Sequence record: MT811961.1
DNA: 64,000 bases
Strand: one strand, 5' to 3'
This document shows, piece after piece, positions 8,642-18,053 of the stretch. A model generated the notes under the pieces. The model was not told where the DNA came from. It saw only the letters and a program-made list of their open reading frames with translations, and did not search any database. The translations under genes and the position numbers were made by a program. The stretch's first letter is position 1; each line of letters begins with the position of its first letter.

Positions 8642-9778
8642 ATGACTGCGTCATTTAACCTTAACGACTACCTCCCATTCCTTGTTGACTTTTGCGGCAA
8701 CTTTGCTCATCCTAACGACCTATTTGAACTGGGTAAACTAACTGACCCTAATTTCAAAATGGATGAGTATCGCCACCCAGCCGTCAAAATCCTTCGCTCG
8801 GCGTTCTCCTATGAAAACATGGCCAAGGACATTTTCAATGACTTGGTCAGTCATCACGAGAATGGTGAAGAAAACTTTGTAACCAATGTAGACATGGAAG
8901 GCTATCTGACCGCTTCTATCTCACATGATGATTTATGGCAATCGCGTGAGTTGGCAGTAGCGGCTGCCCGCATGTGTTACAAGAAGGGTGACAAGTACGC
9001 ACTGATCGATTGTGTTCCACCAAACGCAGAGAAAGACAAGTTGTTATTAGATAACCTAGACTTCTTCTGTGTCAGTAACTTTGAGTCCGTTGGGCACTTC
9101 AGTGATCCTGATTATGGAAGCCTTCGTGTCACCGGTGGCTCTACTGTAGCAGAAACCCTGGAGCTAATCAAAGATCCAATGCCACTTATCGAAGGTAAAA
9201 CGAAGCTGGCTAATATGCCTCGTTTCTTTATTGATGCTATCATTGGCAAAGAGCGCTATCGCTCGGCTTTGGAAGGCATCAAAGAGATCGATGGTGTCCT
9301 GCATCTTTCAATGTTCCCGCTGTTAGCCTATACTGGCTACTTTAAAGAACAGCGTCGAGTACTACCGATGCCTAAATGCAAGCCATGTACTCTCAAGGAA
9401 GAAGGTTTTCCTAAGAATGCATTGATCAGTGCTTTCTACCATTACCCGATCGTTGAAAATCAACGTTACTTAATCAACCCAGATAACGTATATGCGGCTA
9501 TCGAATCTGACGCAGATTACTTTATCATCATTCTCCCTGCGGCGCTAACTGGCAAAGCCATGGCGTTTGCTAAAGAGATCCACGAGGCAACTGGCAAGAC
9601 AGTGGTATTACAGCACGAACGTTCAGAGTATCGCCCTACACAAGTAAACTACTTTTGGTCCATGGACCATGGTTTCCTTGCCAACAAGGTGAATGCTCGA
9701 TGCAAGAGTCTTACCAGTATCTCCTCGGATCTTTTTAAGGGAGCAAACAATTTTAACGAATCACTAGAGAATTTCTAA
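8642..9778 (+). CDS. Hypothetical protein, paralog of 10862..11971
   Basis: LINPDNVYAAIESDADYFIII versus LINPKNIWEILESDKPDIVIM; similar length. Confidence 0.75.
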   Translation: MTASFNLNDYLPFLVDFCGNFAHPNDLFELGKLTDPNFKMDEYRHPAVKILRSAFSYENMAKDIFNDLVSHHENGEENFVTNVDMEGYLTASISHDDLWQSRELAVAAARMCYKKGDKYALIDCVPPNAEKDKLLLDNLDFFCVSNFESVGHFSDPDYGSLRVTGGSTVAETLELIKDPMPLIEGKTKLANMPRFFIDAIIGKERYRSALEGIKEIDGVLHLSMFPLLAYTGYFKEQRRVLPMPKCKPCTLKEEGFPKNALISAFYHYPIVENQRYLINPDNVYAAIESDADYFIIILPAALTGKAMAFAKEIHEATGKTVVLQHERSEYRPTQVNYFWSMDHGFLANKVNARCKSLTSISSDLFKGANNFNESLENF

Positions 9779-10332
9779 TGGAAACACACTTAAAGACTGC
9801 CGCGTTTCGTGGCTTTTATAAATCAACTGACCTTCCTAAAGAAATCACAGCATTGTTTTATGCGCTGTCAGAAAAAGGCAAACCTGAAATCAAGGAAGCA
9901 ATTGGTCCAGCTTACCTTGTAGCTAATGGCTATGCAACTACTTGTCACTCTTCAATAGAGAAACTTATAGATTGCATGGAGAACATCGATGTACGCAAGT
10001 TCGAAGGAGCATGGCGTGTATCGATCGATATCCCTACTTCAGAGATGCCATTTGGCGAATTTGATTTCTCGGTTGATCGCTTTATTTCAATCATCTCTAA
10101 ATACCGTCGAGAAGATGGCATTCCACTAGCAGTAACCTACTTGCGTAATCGCAACAGATTGCGTCGTAAGTTATTGTTTACTGAGCTACTTGTTGAATCA
10201 TCTTCTTTGTCGTTTGAAGCGATGGATGACAAGACGGCTAGTGATCTTGTTCCTGTTGATTTTGTTGCACATGACATTGCTGAGTTATTTGGCGAGTCTG
10301 CTGCTGCATTCTACGCACTGAACAAGCGTTAA
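9778..10332 (+). CDS. Hypothetical protein
   Basis: 184-aa ORF with TAATG stop/start coupling. Confidence 0.75.
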   Translation: METHLKTAAFRGFYKSTDLPKEITALFYALSEKGKPEIKEAIGPAYLVANGYATTCHSSIEKLIDCMENIDVRKFEGAWRVSIDIPTSEMPFGEFDFSVDRFISIISKYRREDGIPLAVTYLRNRNRLRRKLLFTELLVESSSLSFEAMDDKTASDLVPVDFVAHDIAELFGESAAAFYALNKR

Positions 10333-10339
10333 GAAAATA

Positions 10340-10384
10340 CCTGTCTCCTTCGGGAGGCAGGGTTCTTTCAAGCTTTTTTCTTTT
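10340..10384 (+). terminator. Rho-independent terminator
   Basis: CCTGTCTCC-TTCG-GGAGGCAGG followed by T-rich sequence. Confidence 0.85.
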
Positions 10385-10400
10385 CTATATTACCCATGTG
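10385..10400 (+). promoter_or_regulatory. phiKZ-type early promoter motif
   Basis: CTATATTACCCATGTG, intergenic after a terminator. Confidence 0.75.
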
Positions 10401-10428
10401 ATCACAAACATAAATCAAGGAAACGACT

Positions 10429-10848
10429 ATGATTCGATATGTACGTATGCTGTGGCGCAGCGCGGAATTAATCAATCGTGCCACTACAGACAAAGCAACA
10501 CGTAAAACTAATACCTTTATGTGGCCAGCCGCAGAGTCTCGTGAAGAAGCTTTAGAAAAAGATGTTACGTACTATCTTACAGAAAAGCTTTGCAAGCATC
10601 ATCCTTTTGTTGTTATGGATGACAATACAAAACTTCCTTTGTCTTTACGCTATGCCTTGGGTAAACAATGTGTGGCGTGTTGCAAAGAACGAAAGATGCG
10701 CAGTAGGATGAAAAAGTATCGTACTGAAAACGAAGACTTAACTACCTGTACTGAAGCACGTAGAAAAACCGAAGTCTTGTGCGAAGCAAAGCAGTTAGCA
10801 GAAGATTTAGGTATTACCTTATCTGAAGCAAAAGAAATGTTATCTTAA
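10429..10848 (+). CDS. Cys/His zinc-finger-like protein, paralog of 53038..53373
   Basis: SREEA...YYLTEKLCKHH...RY..GKQCVAC pattern. Confidence 0.6.
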   Translation: MIRYVRMLWRSAELINRATTDKATRKTNTFMWPAAESREEALEKDVTYYLTEKLCKHHPFVVMDDNTKLPLSLRYALGKQCVACCKERKMRSRMKKYRTENEDLTTCTEARRKTEVLCEAKQLAEDLGITLSEAKEMLS

Positions 10849-10861
10849 CGGAGTATTAATC

Positions 10862-11971
10862 ATGCAACTATCTACCTTTAGTTATGACTCATTTATTCGT
10901 AAGTTCTTGCCAGTGCTGATGAAGCCACAAAAGGCGTTAGAACTTGGCGCTAACTATCCTCGTGCGTTTCGCATAAAAGAAAATGATCGTATTGGTTCGG
11001 TATTGATCGATTTGGCAAAGCACTATTACATCATTACTGAGTTTCAGCGTGGTCTTGTGAAAGCACGTCCTAACCGAACCATAACAATCGATATCGACGA
11101 AGAGCGTTGGGATTCGGATGAGGTCTCACTTAGTTACGATACTTATGCACGTGGTTTAGATCTACTGCTTAAAACAATGTGTATTGTAAAAGAGTTTCGT
11201 ATGTACCTGCCAAAAGAGCATGGCTCTTTGGATCCTCGTATTCGTGCAACCATCTATGCTTACCCACAAGCATTTAAGATCCTGTCTACAGACGCAAAAG
11301 ACTCGGAGTGGCCAGTAGAAGTCTTTGGTGACTTACCATGTGGTGAACGTACCTATCGTCAAGCAAAAGAAATCGCTACGGACCCATTGAAGTTTATTGA
11401 AAACAATGGACAGGGTTCTTTACTCACGCCAACGGACGTGCACGAGATCTATCGTCAACCTGTTGATCGCATACGTACAGCGTTAGAACACATTGACATC
11501 GTCCTGGGTGCACCGAAAAACAAAACATGGCTGTTGGCCCCATTGACTTCGGTTATGCCTAAGCTCATTGCAGCTTATCGCTCGACTGTAAAAGTTGACC
11601 ATCATAGTGACTGTAGTGATGTCTATGATAACCCTGGATTTAAAACGATTGTGTTCAGTGGAGTACCAGTAGCAATGACTGGACTCAAGCCGCTAATCAA
11701 TCCAAAGAACATCTGGGAGATTCTGGAGTCGGACAAGCCAGACATTGTCATCATGCATCCGTCAGAAATGCATGTCATCACCGAGGCGTTTGTGGAGCTC
11801 ATTAAAAAGGTTGCTCCTGATCGTCGTATCATTATTGGCCAAAGCTGTAGTAGCAACATCCCTGCTGATGCATTCATTTCTAATGGCGGTGTTTCTATTA
11901 GTGATTGGAATCACTGTCACATCATCCGTGGTGAATTACTACCATCGGATCTTTCACATATCAAACTTTAA
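10862..11971 (+). CDS. Hypothetical protein, paralog of 8642..9778
   Basis: Shared C-terminal LINP motif region; GGAG upstream. Confidence 0.75.
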   Translation: MQLSTFSYDSFIRKFLPVLMKPQKALELGANYPRAFRIKENDRIGSVLIDLAKHYYIITEFQRGLVKARPNRTITIDIDEERWDSDEVSLSYDTYARGLDLLLKTMCIVKEFRMYLPKEHGSLDPRIRATIYAYPQAFKILSTDAKDSEWPVEVFGDLPCGERTYRQAKEIATDPLKFIENNGQGSLLTPTDVHEIYRQPVDRIRTALEHIDIVLGAPKNKTWLLAPLTSVMPKLIAAYRSTVKVDHHSDCSDVYDNPGFKTIVFSGVPVAMTGLKPLINPKNIWEILESDKPDIVIMHPSEMHVITEAFVELIKKVAPDRRIIIGQSCSSNIPADAFISNGGVSISDWNHCHIIRGELLPSDLSHIKL

Positions 11972-11986
11972 CGGAGTACTATCCTT

Positions 11987-12874
11987 ATGTCTAAAGCAAC
12001 ACTGAATTACCTGAACGCAGGTAAACAGCAGCTCGAAAACATCGTGGCAATCAACGGCTTTGTCCCAGTAGCAATTACGGATACAACTGTCGAGCTAGAG
12101 TATGTTATTATCCAAAACATCCCATGGATTCCGGAGCGTTTTCGTTTTACCGCTGATAATCCAATTCAAACGGCACTGGCAGTAAGTGAACATGGCTTTC
12201 TGTTGATTGGTCCAGTTAACACAAAGAACGACTGGGAGTGCGGCATTACTAAAGGCTTTGGTGACGATAGTGTTGAGCATCCTGAAAAGATGGCCGTTGA
12301 GTTCTGGGGTGGCGGTACCGAAGAAGAGGACGTCATGGAGAATCTACCATGGGCTTCTTTTTCCAACATCCTTGGTCACTATGCGGCCATAATCGAAGGC
12401 AAAGATGAAATCTATCGTCGTGTAGCTGAATTGCATAATGCGGTACGTAATGCAGTAAAGCCAATTCGTGTTGGGTTTAACTTTAATGACGATGCAGAGT
12501 ATGTACTTGGCTTAGAGGCTGACGTGCTATTCAAGGGTAAGTCTTATCATACAAGAACGCATTGTCTGCTGACTGCGAAGTTAGAAGATCGTGTTTTCCA
12601 TCTCTTCGATGGTAGCGGTGGTATTCCGTGGAATATCCTTATGGACTGTGATGACATGGATCGTGACTTCCTCAACGCATATGAAAAGGAACTCGAAGAC
12701 ATCGATGAGTTGCCTATGCGTAACCTAGAAGCCACGAAGATCCATCTCGTCACTGGTGAAAAGATTAACGTGACCATCCCTGAAGAGTTACTCGAGCAAT
12801 ACAATGCTACCGAGTACGTCGGCGACAAGTGGGTTAAGAATGGACAAGTAATGGAGCTAGAGATCAATGGCTAA
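11987..12874 (+). CDS. Hypothetical protein (acidic)
   Basis: 295-aa ORF; GGAG upstream. Confidence 0.75.
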   Translation: MSKATLNYLNAGKQQLENIVAINGFVPVAITDTTVELEYVIIQNIPWIPERFRFTADNPIQTALAVSEHGFLLIGPVNTKNDWECGITKGFGDDSVEHPEKMAVEFWGGGTEEEDVMENLPWASFSNILGHYAAIIEGKDEIYRRVAELHNAVRNAVKPIRVGFNFNDDAEYVLGLEADVLFKGKSYHTRTHCLLTAKLEDRVFHLFDGSGGIPWNILMDCDDMDRDFLNAYEKELEDIDELPMRNLEATKIHLVTGEKINVTIPEELLEQYNATEYVGDKWVKNGQVMELEING

Positions 12875-13340
12875 AATCCTACAACCGATTGTAGGGGATA
12901 TCGAATTTATGGCGTCCAAGTTAGAGGACGCCATTTTCGTAACCTCCGAAAACATCATGTTAGAAGAACGCATGCCTGGCAAATGGCAGGAGCGTTGGGT
13001 TCGCATTCAAACCGAAGACGGCGTAGAACGCATTAACCTATATGGTCGCACATTGGTAATCACGGATGACAACTATGTTTTAATTACCGTCAAGTCAAAA
13101 CGATTTGCAATTGAAACATCGTTCGTTAATCCAGAGAGTACCATTAGGGCGGCCTGTGTGGGATCACACGGCGGAATGAACAACCACTGTGATGATTGTA
13201 TCCTTAATGCGGAAAACATCCCTCCTGGTACGGGCAAGCTTAATTTGCATGTCGATACAATGCCATGTACCCTAAGCAAACATTACTTCAATCGCCCGTA
13301 CTGGTTCCAGAAGCGCATCGAAGTAAAAGAAATCCACTAA
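12867..13340 (+). CDS. Hypothetical protein
   Basis: 157-aa ORF in a packed run. Confidence 0.7.
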   Translation: MAKILQPIVGDIEFMASKLEDAIFVTSENIMLEERMPGKWQERWVRIQTEDGVERINLYGRTLVITDDNYVLITVKSKRFAIETSFVNPESTIRAACVGSHGGMNNHCDDCILNAENIPPGTGKLNLHVDTMPCTLSKHYFNRPYWFQKRIEVKEIH

Positions 13341-13353
13341 AAGAGAAATCATC

Positions 13354-14025
13354 ATGTACGAGAAAATCACGTTTGGGGCAATTGCCTTGGTTTGTATTGT
13401 TTATACAATGAAACAACTTTGGCAATACTTCTATCCAAAGAAAAAGAAAGTGGTCTTTCCATCTGACGATCCAAAGCGCTGTAACTTTGCCAGTGTGCAG
13501 AAAAATGAAATCCATCCAGATATTATGTCACTGCACCGCATGGCTAAAGAAGAAACTGACGGTGAAGATCTTGTGTTAGTTAATCATGACTTAGTCAATG
13601 AGTTTAGTCGCTTTATGATTCATGGTGTTATTGATGATTGGGCGAGTAGTTTCCATGGTCGTACACCAGAAGGCTTGTGTCGTGTTTTCTTTATGCATGA
13701 CGGGATTTGGTTTTGTGTTCATGTCCATCCATTGAATAGTACTGAAACAATCATGGAAGAAATGGACTACATCACGAAAGGCTTTGAACCAAAGAACGAA
13801 GCCACGGTTTTTGTCCATCAGTATGACCTTACTGTGCCTGGACACAAAGAAGGCCTAATCGTTGACATCATTACCGCCAAAGAGTATGTAGCTGTTATCA
13901 AGATGGATACTGTTAAAGGCAAACCATTTCATAAGTGCTCTGGTCGAATCGCGGCACGAGACATGATTGACTTGGTTATCAAACTAGATCGCAAATTAGA
14001 AAGAATGGAGACTGAACATGAATAA
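13354..14025 (+). CDS. Hypothetical protein with an N-terminal membrane anchor
   Basis: ITFGAIALVCIVY hydrophobic N-terminus followed by basic KKKK. Confidence 0.7.
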   Translation: MYEKITFGAIALVCIVYTMKQLWQYFYPKKKKVVFPSDDPKRCNFASVQKNEIHPDIMSLHRMAKEETDGEDLVLVNHDLVNEFSRFMIHGVIDDWASSFHGRTPEGLCRVFFMHDGIWFCVHVHPLNSTETIMEEMDYITKGFEPKNEATVFVHQYDLTVPGHKEGLIVDIITAKEYVAVIKMDTVKGKPFHKCSGRIAARDMIDLVIKLDRKLERMETEHE

Positions 14026-14290
14026 ATCTGAAATCCTGAAAAACCTGCCTGGCATCATTATTCTCATTGTGCTTATTTCACTTGGGACGCTGTTTATGGA
14101 AAAACGATTCGACAACGAAGATGCTCGTGAAGATTTCTTCTTGGAGCGTTGGGAGATCTACTCTTCAGTGAAGATAGACAAACAGGTTGAAATTATCCGT
14201 AACCTAGAAACGGGTAATTGTTATATCAATGGCCATCGTAATACCCCGATGGTTGACTGTCGTGATTTTCCGGAGTTTAAAAATGATTAG
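14018..14290 (+). CDS. Small membrane-anchored hypothetical protein
   Basis: GIIILIVLISLGTLF hydrophobic segment; GGAGA upstream. Confidence 0.7.
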   Translation: MNKSEILKNLPGIIILIVLISLGTLFMEKRFDNEDAREDFFLERWEIYSSVKIDKQVEIIRNLETGNCYINGHRNTPMVDCRDFPEFKND

Positions 14291-15128
14291 ACACCTAACT
14301 GAAAACTGGGAGTTGGTTGTTTCTGTGTTGTTTGCATTCGGTATTGTTTACTGGTGCATGACGAACAGCAAGACAAAAACAGAGGAGGAAGAGATCGAGG
14401 ACTTAGAACGGTTCTGTGGCGTTCCTCCTCATGAGTCAATGCTTAACAACCATAAGAAGAAAGAAGTCTCTCTTATGGAAGCGGTAGAAGAAGATGTCAA
14501 GATGCAATACGAAGTTGCAGAGACAATGCGTCAAGCAGCAGAGATCCTCGATGATGGTCCACTGTCTGATCCTACTTGGCACGGGTACGTTAAAGATCAT
14601 CCAGAGACCATCGTGCATGAGCTAGTCGTAAAGACACCATCGACTGTCCGCTATATGGCCGTTCGAGAAATTGCCGACTACTTTACTGACATCGGTCTAG
14701 ATGGCATGCGCGGTAAAAGAGTTATCTTTGCTTTTGCTCCTAGTACGTTTATCATGACGAGCGAGTTTACGGATGACTGGTTCGCTCAAGCATTTGCATG
14801 GTTGACTAGAACACTCCATGCATCTGACAAAGACCCAATTGCTTTTCTTGATTGGTCAACGGCTACCGACATTCGTCGTCGCAAAACCATGATTGAGAAT
14901 CGCATCAAGCGTGCCAAGGGACCTATTGTTGTTTGGGTTCCTGGTGATGCCTTGTTTTATTCAGAGCCTGGCGTTGTCGGCTGGAGTACTGCGAGCGGTC
15001 GCTGGGATCGTATTACTCATTCAGGTGTGCTGGAAGAAATATCATCTCACCACTACCTAAACCGACGTAGACATGCGCGTATCCGTAAAATGGCGGCTGC
15101 TCGAATGACACGACTTACAGCTCAATAA
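14283..15128 (+). CDS. Hypothetical protein with an N-terminal membrane anchor
   Basis: Start moved to ATG 14283 (GGAG upstream); LVVSVLFAFGIVYW hydrophobic segment. Confidence 0.7.
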   Translation: MIRHLTENWELVVSVLFAFGIVYWCMTNSKTKTEEEEIEDLERFCGVPPHESMLNNHKKKEVSLMEAVEEDVKMQYEVAETMRQAAEILDDGPLSDPTWHGYVKDHPETIVHELVVKTPSTVRYMAVREIADYFTDIGLDGMRGKRVIFAFAPSTFIMTSEFTDDWFAQAFAWLTRTLHASDKDPIAFLDWSTATDIRRRKTMIENRIKRAKGPIVVWVPGDALFYSEPGVVGWSTASGRWDRITHSGVLEEISSHHYLNRRRHARIRKMAAARMTRLTAQ

Positions 15129-15173
15129 TTATTTACAATAAGCACGATAAGACCTATCGTAAAGGAGACCCCT

Positions 15174-16082
15174 ATGCTTAAACAATACCATAACTCACAA
15201 ACTGCACAAAACATCTCTAAGGTAATGAGTGTTCCTCTTGTAGACGCTATCCTTATGGAACACATCATGCTAACGCGTGACTGTACCTTTGAGGACTTTT
15301 GTAACATGATGCTAACTTCACATCCTGTAGGTTTCCTGCATGAGATCAAAGGTGGCATTATGCGCATTAATCCATGTGGTCCGACGATGAATGTCGTCAA
15401 ACGCTATCTTGATGCAGGCAATGGTCAATTCAAAATCGAAGAGGCCATGGTTCATACTGAGATTGCAACTGAGTTGGCGGATATTATTCCAAAGGCAACG
15501 AAGAAGCGCCCTCATCTTGTTCGTTACTATAACAAGTCTAACTTCCAGCTAACTGGAGAAGAGCTTACGAACAAGAAACTTAAAACGACGCGCGAGTTTG
15601 ACTATGAGAACAATAGTTCCACAACATCGAGCAAACATGAGTTCTTGGACAACCATACTAACTACGAGCAAGTATTCGCTAAGTCAGCAGACGGTACGGC
15701 TCCTTGTCGTAAGACAGGACTTGGTCATGGTCGCTTGAAAAACATCGGTTCGTATACGCTTGTTAAACAAAGTGAGAACATGTCAACTGTACAGATGGCT
15801 ACGCTATATGAAACCGTCAACGACGTTTTGACTGTAGAAGAAGGCAAGCGTTTAACTGTATGGAAACCGAATACCGGCATCGTGGAAATCCAAGATGAAG
15901 ACTTCACTCTTGTTCGTAAAGACCAGCAGAACGGCAACATCATCGAGATGTCTTATGTAACAAAGGATATTGGTGGTTGTCGTATTATGCGTACTGAGTT
16001 TGAATACCATGACGATCGAGTTATTGCGATTGCCGTATCTGGCTTGGCTCGCATCCCACGTGAGTACGTATTCCGTAAATAA
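15174..16082 (+). CDS. Hypothetical beta-rich protein (YD/RHS-like hairpins)
   Basis: AAGGAGA SD; REFDYENN and RTEFEYHDDRVIAI hairpin-type segments. Confidence 0.7.
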   Translation: MLKQYHNSQTAQNISKVMSVPLVDAILMEHIMLTRDCTFEDFCNMMLTSHPVGFLHEIKGGIMRINPCGPTMNVVKRYLDAGNGQFKIEEAMVHTEIATELADIIPKATKKRPHLVRYYNKSNFQLTGEELTNKKLKTTREFDYENNSSTTSSKHEFLDNHTNYEQVFAKSADGTAPCRKTGLGHGRLKNIGSYTLVKQSENMSTVQMATLYETVNDVLTVEEGKRLTVWKPNTGIVEIQDEDFTLVRKDQQNGNIIEMSYVTKDIGGCRIMRTEFEYHDDRVIAIAVSGLARIPREYVFRK

Positions 16083-16132
16083 TCAAAGTTGAAAATAAAC
16101 CACAAATTTAAAACCAAATAGGAAACCTAGAA

Positions 16133-16630
16133 ATGTTAGTTAAAATCTGTAAGAAGAATGGCCACGGTAGCATGAACTCTGAGTCGACTGTAAACGTCAT
16201 CGACCAAGAAGACAACTTCATTGGCGCGAACATTGCACAGCAGTGTGGCGAAGCAATTGTTTTGTTTACAATGAACGCAGATGACACAATCAACGTTTTG
16301 TATAGTTCAGACCAGTGCGAACAAAACGAGAAAGTCGTCGCAGAAAACAACGGTGTAATAACTGAAACCGGTTTAGAGAATTGGACATTCTTCCGTGACG
16401 ATGAAGGTTGCCTGCATGTTGATGATCTTTCTTTCGAAATGCCGGACTACGAGCGCATCAGTCGAGCAATTGTAAGTCACGATTTTTATGCAAGTAACGA
16501 ATGTTATGCATTGCGTGTTATTGCAGTCGACATTGTAAACGAATCAAAGCGCGATAAGTTATACATGGCCAATACAAATAGCTGGTATACTCATAACTTC
16601 TATGTTGATGGCATCCAGGTTCCAGAATAA
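16133..16630 (+). CDS. Hypothetical protein
   Basis: 165-aa ORF followed by a terminator. Confidence 0.75.
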   Translation: MLVKICKKNGHGSMNSESTVNVIDQEDNFIGANIAQQCGEAIVLFTMNADDTINVLYSSDQCEQNEKVVAENNGVITETGLENWTFFRDDEGCLHVDDLSFEMPDYERISRAIVSHDFYASNECYALRVIAVDIVNESKRDKLYMANTNSWYTHNFYVDGIQVPE

Positions 16631-16633
16631 CTA

Positions 16634-16686
16634 CCCCCCCCCCCTGCCTCCTTCGGGAGGTGGGGGTTCCTCTTTATTTTTTTTTT
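16634..16686 (+). terminator. Rho-independent terminator with a C11 run
   Basis: C11-TGCCTCC-TTCG-GGAGGTGGGGG then a T-rich tract. Confidence 0.85.
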
Positions 16687-16702
16687 CAACCAACTAGAAT
16701 CT

Positions 16703-16718
16703 CTATATTACCGAGGTG
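16703..16718 (+). promoter_or_regulatory. phiKZ-type early promoter motif
   Basis: CTATATTACCGAGGTG. Confidence 0.75.
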
Positions 16719-16748
16719 ACTATCAATCATTGAACAAAGGTAACGACC

Positions 16749-17570
16749 ATGTTTAACAAAAAGCAAATTGTAGAAAAGGTACAAGAACTTAAAGCAAAAT
16801 TTCCTGGTATTGAACCTGTTTTATTGCATGGTACAAGTATGGTAATGCACGGCGTAAAAGAAACAACTAACGACATTGATTGTTATGTCGAAGATGTTGT
16901 TCTTGTCCTTGGTGATGCTTTGTCACGCAGAGAAGATACTTATGTGAGCAATGGCGTTACACATACAACAACCCGCTATGAAATCGGTGACTTTGATTTT
17001 GGCTTTGGTTGGAAACAAACACCAGAGGTTGTCTATATCGATGGACTTGCCGTGCAAAGTCTCGAGCAGATTGTGGAAGAAAAGAAAGTATGGGATCGTC
17101 CAAAAGACAAAGTGGCATTACAACAAATCCACGATTATTTAGTTACAGCAGAAATCGCAAAGATCGAAAATCCTTTCACTGTCATTGATTCTCTCACGTC
17201 TAAGTCAGTAGATGAAATCGGACTCGTAGAAGACGACGAGGAAGTAGAGCTGGTCGACAATCAAATCAAAGAAGAACTCATGGCTGACAGATCAGTGAAA
17301 TTTGAAAGAACTAAGCCACACGTTAATATTGGAGTAGGTAAAGTGAGAACTACACGACATTTAGATACAGCGATTACGGCATCAGTCATTGCAGAAGGTT
17401 TCGGTACAGACTGCTACCCTGAATGGCAAGCTATTGGTGGAGACTATGACGGTAACTCTACCGTAACTATTCGTCATCGCGATACAAAGCCAAAACGTTC
17501 AAAGGCAGTTATTCGCAAACAGCGTAAAGTACGCAAAGCAGCACGTAAAACAAATCGTCGAGGTAAGTAA
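16749..17570 (+). CDS. Nucleotidyltransferase-fold protein with a C-terminal EF-Tu-like peptide and basic tail
   Basis: LLHGTSMVMHGVKETTNDIDCYV fits the pol-beta-type NTase hG[GS]...DxD pattern; KFERTKPHVNIG at 17298-17333; Lys/Arg-rich C-terminus. Confidence 0.65.
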   Translation: MFNKKQIVEKVQELKAKFPGIEPVLLHGTSMVMHGVKETTNDIDCYVEDVVLVLGDALSRREDTYVSNGVTHTTTRYEIGDFDFGFGWKQTPEVVYIDGLAVQSLEQIVEEKKVWDRPKDKVALQQIHDYLVTAEIAKIENPFTVIDSLTSKSVDEIGLVEDDEEVELVDNQIKEELMADRSVKFERTKPHVNIGVGKVRTTRHLDTAITASVIAEGFGTDCYPEWQAIGGDYDGNSTVTIRHRDTKPKRSKAVIRKQRKVRKAARKTNRRGK

Positions 17571-18052
17571 TGGAAGAACTTGCAAAAACGGTCATCAAGT
17601 CGATGATCCCTTTACCAGTTTTTGATCATGCATTGTCAACAGAAACAGAATGGCTGAGCTTTCCACTGCTGCGAGGTATTTCGAAAGAAGTGCCTGAGCA
17701 TCTACAGTGGCATGCAGAAAACTCTTTTACCTTTAACTCTTTTATGGGTCACGAGGTAAAAGAAGTAAAGCTGGGCCAAAGCTACATCCATCTTGAACCT
17801 CACCTGATGGTTTATATTCGTATGGATCTGGCAGGTATTGAAGCTATCCGAGATGAACTCCCGACGATAGATCACTATCTTGCTGTTCAGATCAGTGGTG
17901 AATTTGAAGATGTGTCCGTAACAAAGTCAGAGCGGCATAACAACCGCTACATTTTGTCTGGTCATCGTCGCGATTTACGAATCAGTGATTTAAAAGGCAA
18001 GGCAAATGTTTCGTTCTCTTTCGCAGAAAACGAGTTACCACGGAGATTCTAA
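17570..18052 (+). CDS. Hypothetical protein
   Basis: 160-aa ORF with TAATG coupling. Confidence 0.75.
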   Translation: MEELAKTVIKSMIPLPVFDHALSTETEWLSFPLLRGISKEVPEHLQWHAENSFTFNSFMGHEVKEVKLGQSYIHLEPHLMVYIRMDLAGIEAIRDELPTIDHYLAVQISGEFEDVSVTKSERHNNRYILSGHRRDLRISDLKGKANVSFSFAENELPRRF

Positions 18053-18053
18053 A

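Noticed and set aside
10429-10848. HNH homing endonuclease call for the zinc-finger proteins (also 53038..53373)
   Set aside because: No HNH or other nuclease motif is present; only the accessory module is seen.
17436-17456. GGDYDGN resembling the RNA polymerase DxDGD catalytic loop
   Set aside because: The third Asp is missing and there is no double-psi barrel context in this short, low-complexity tail.
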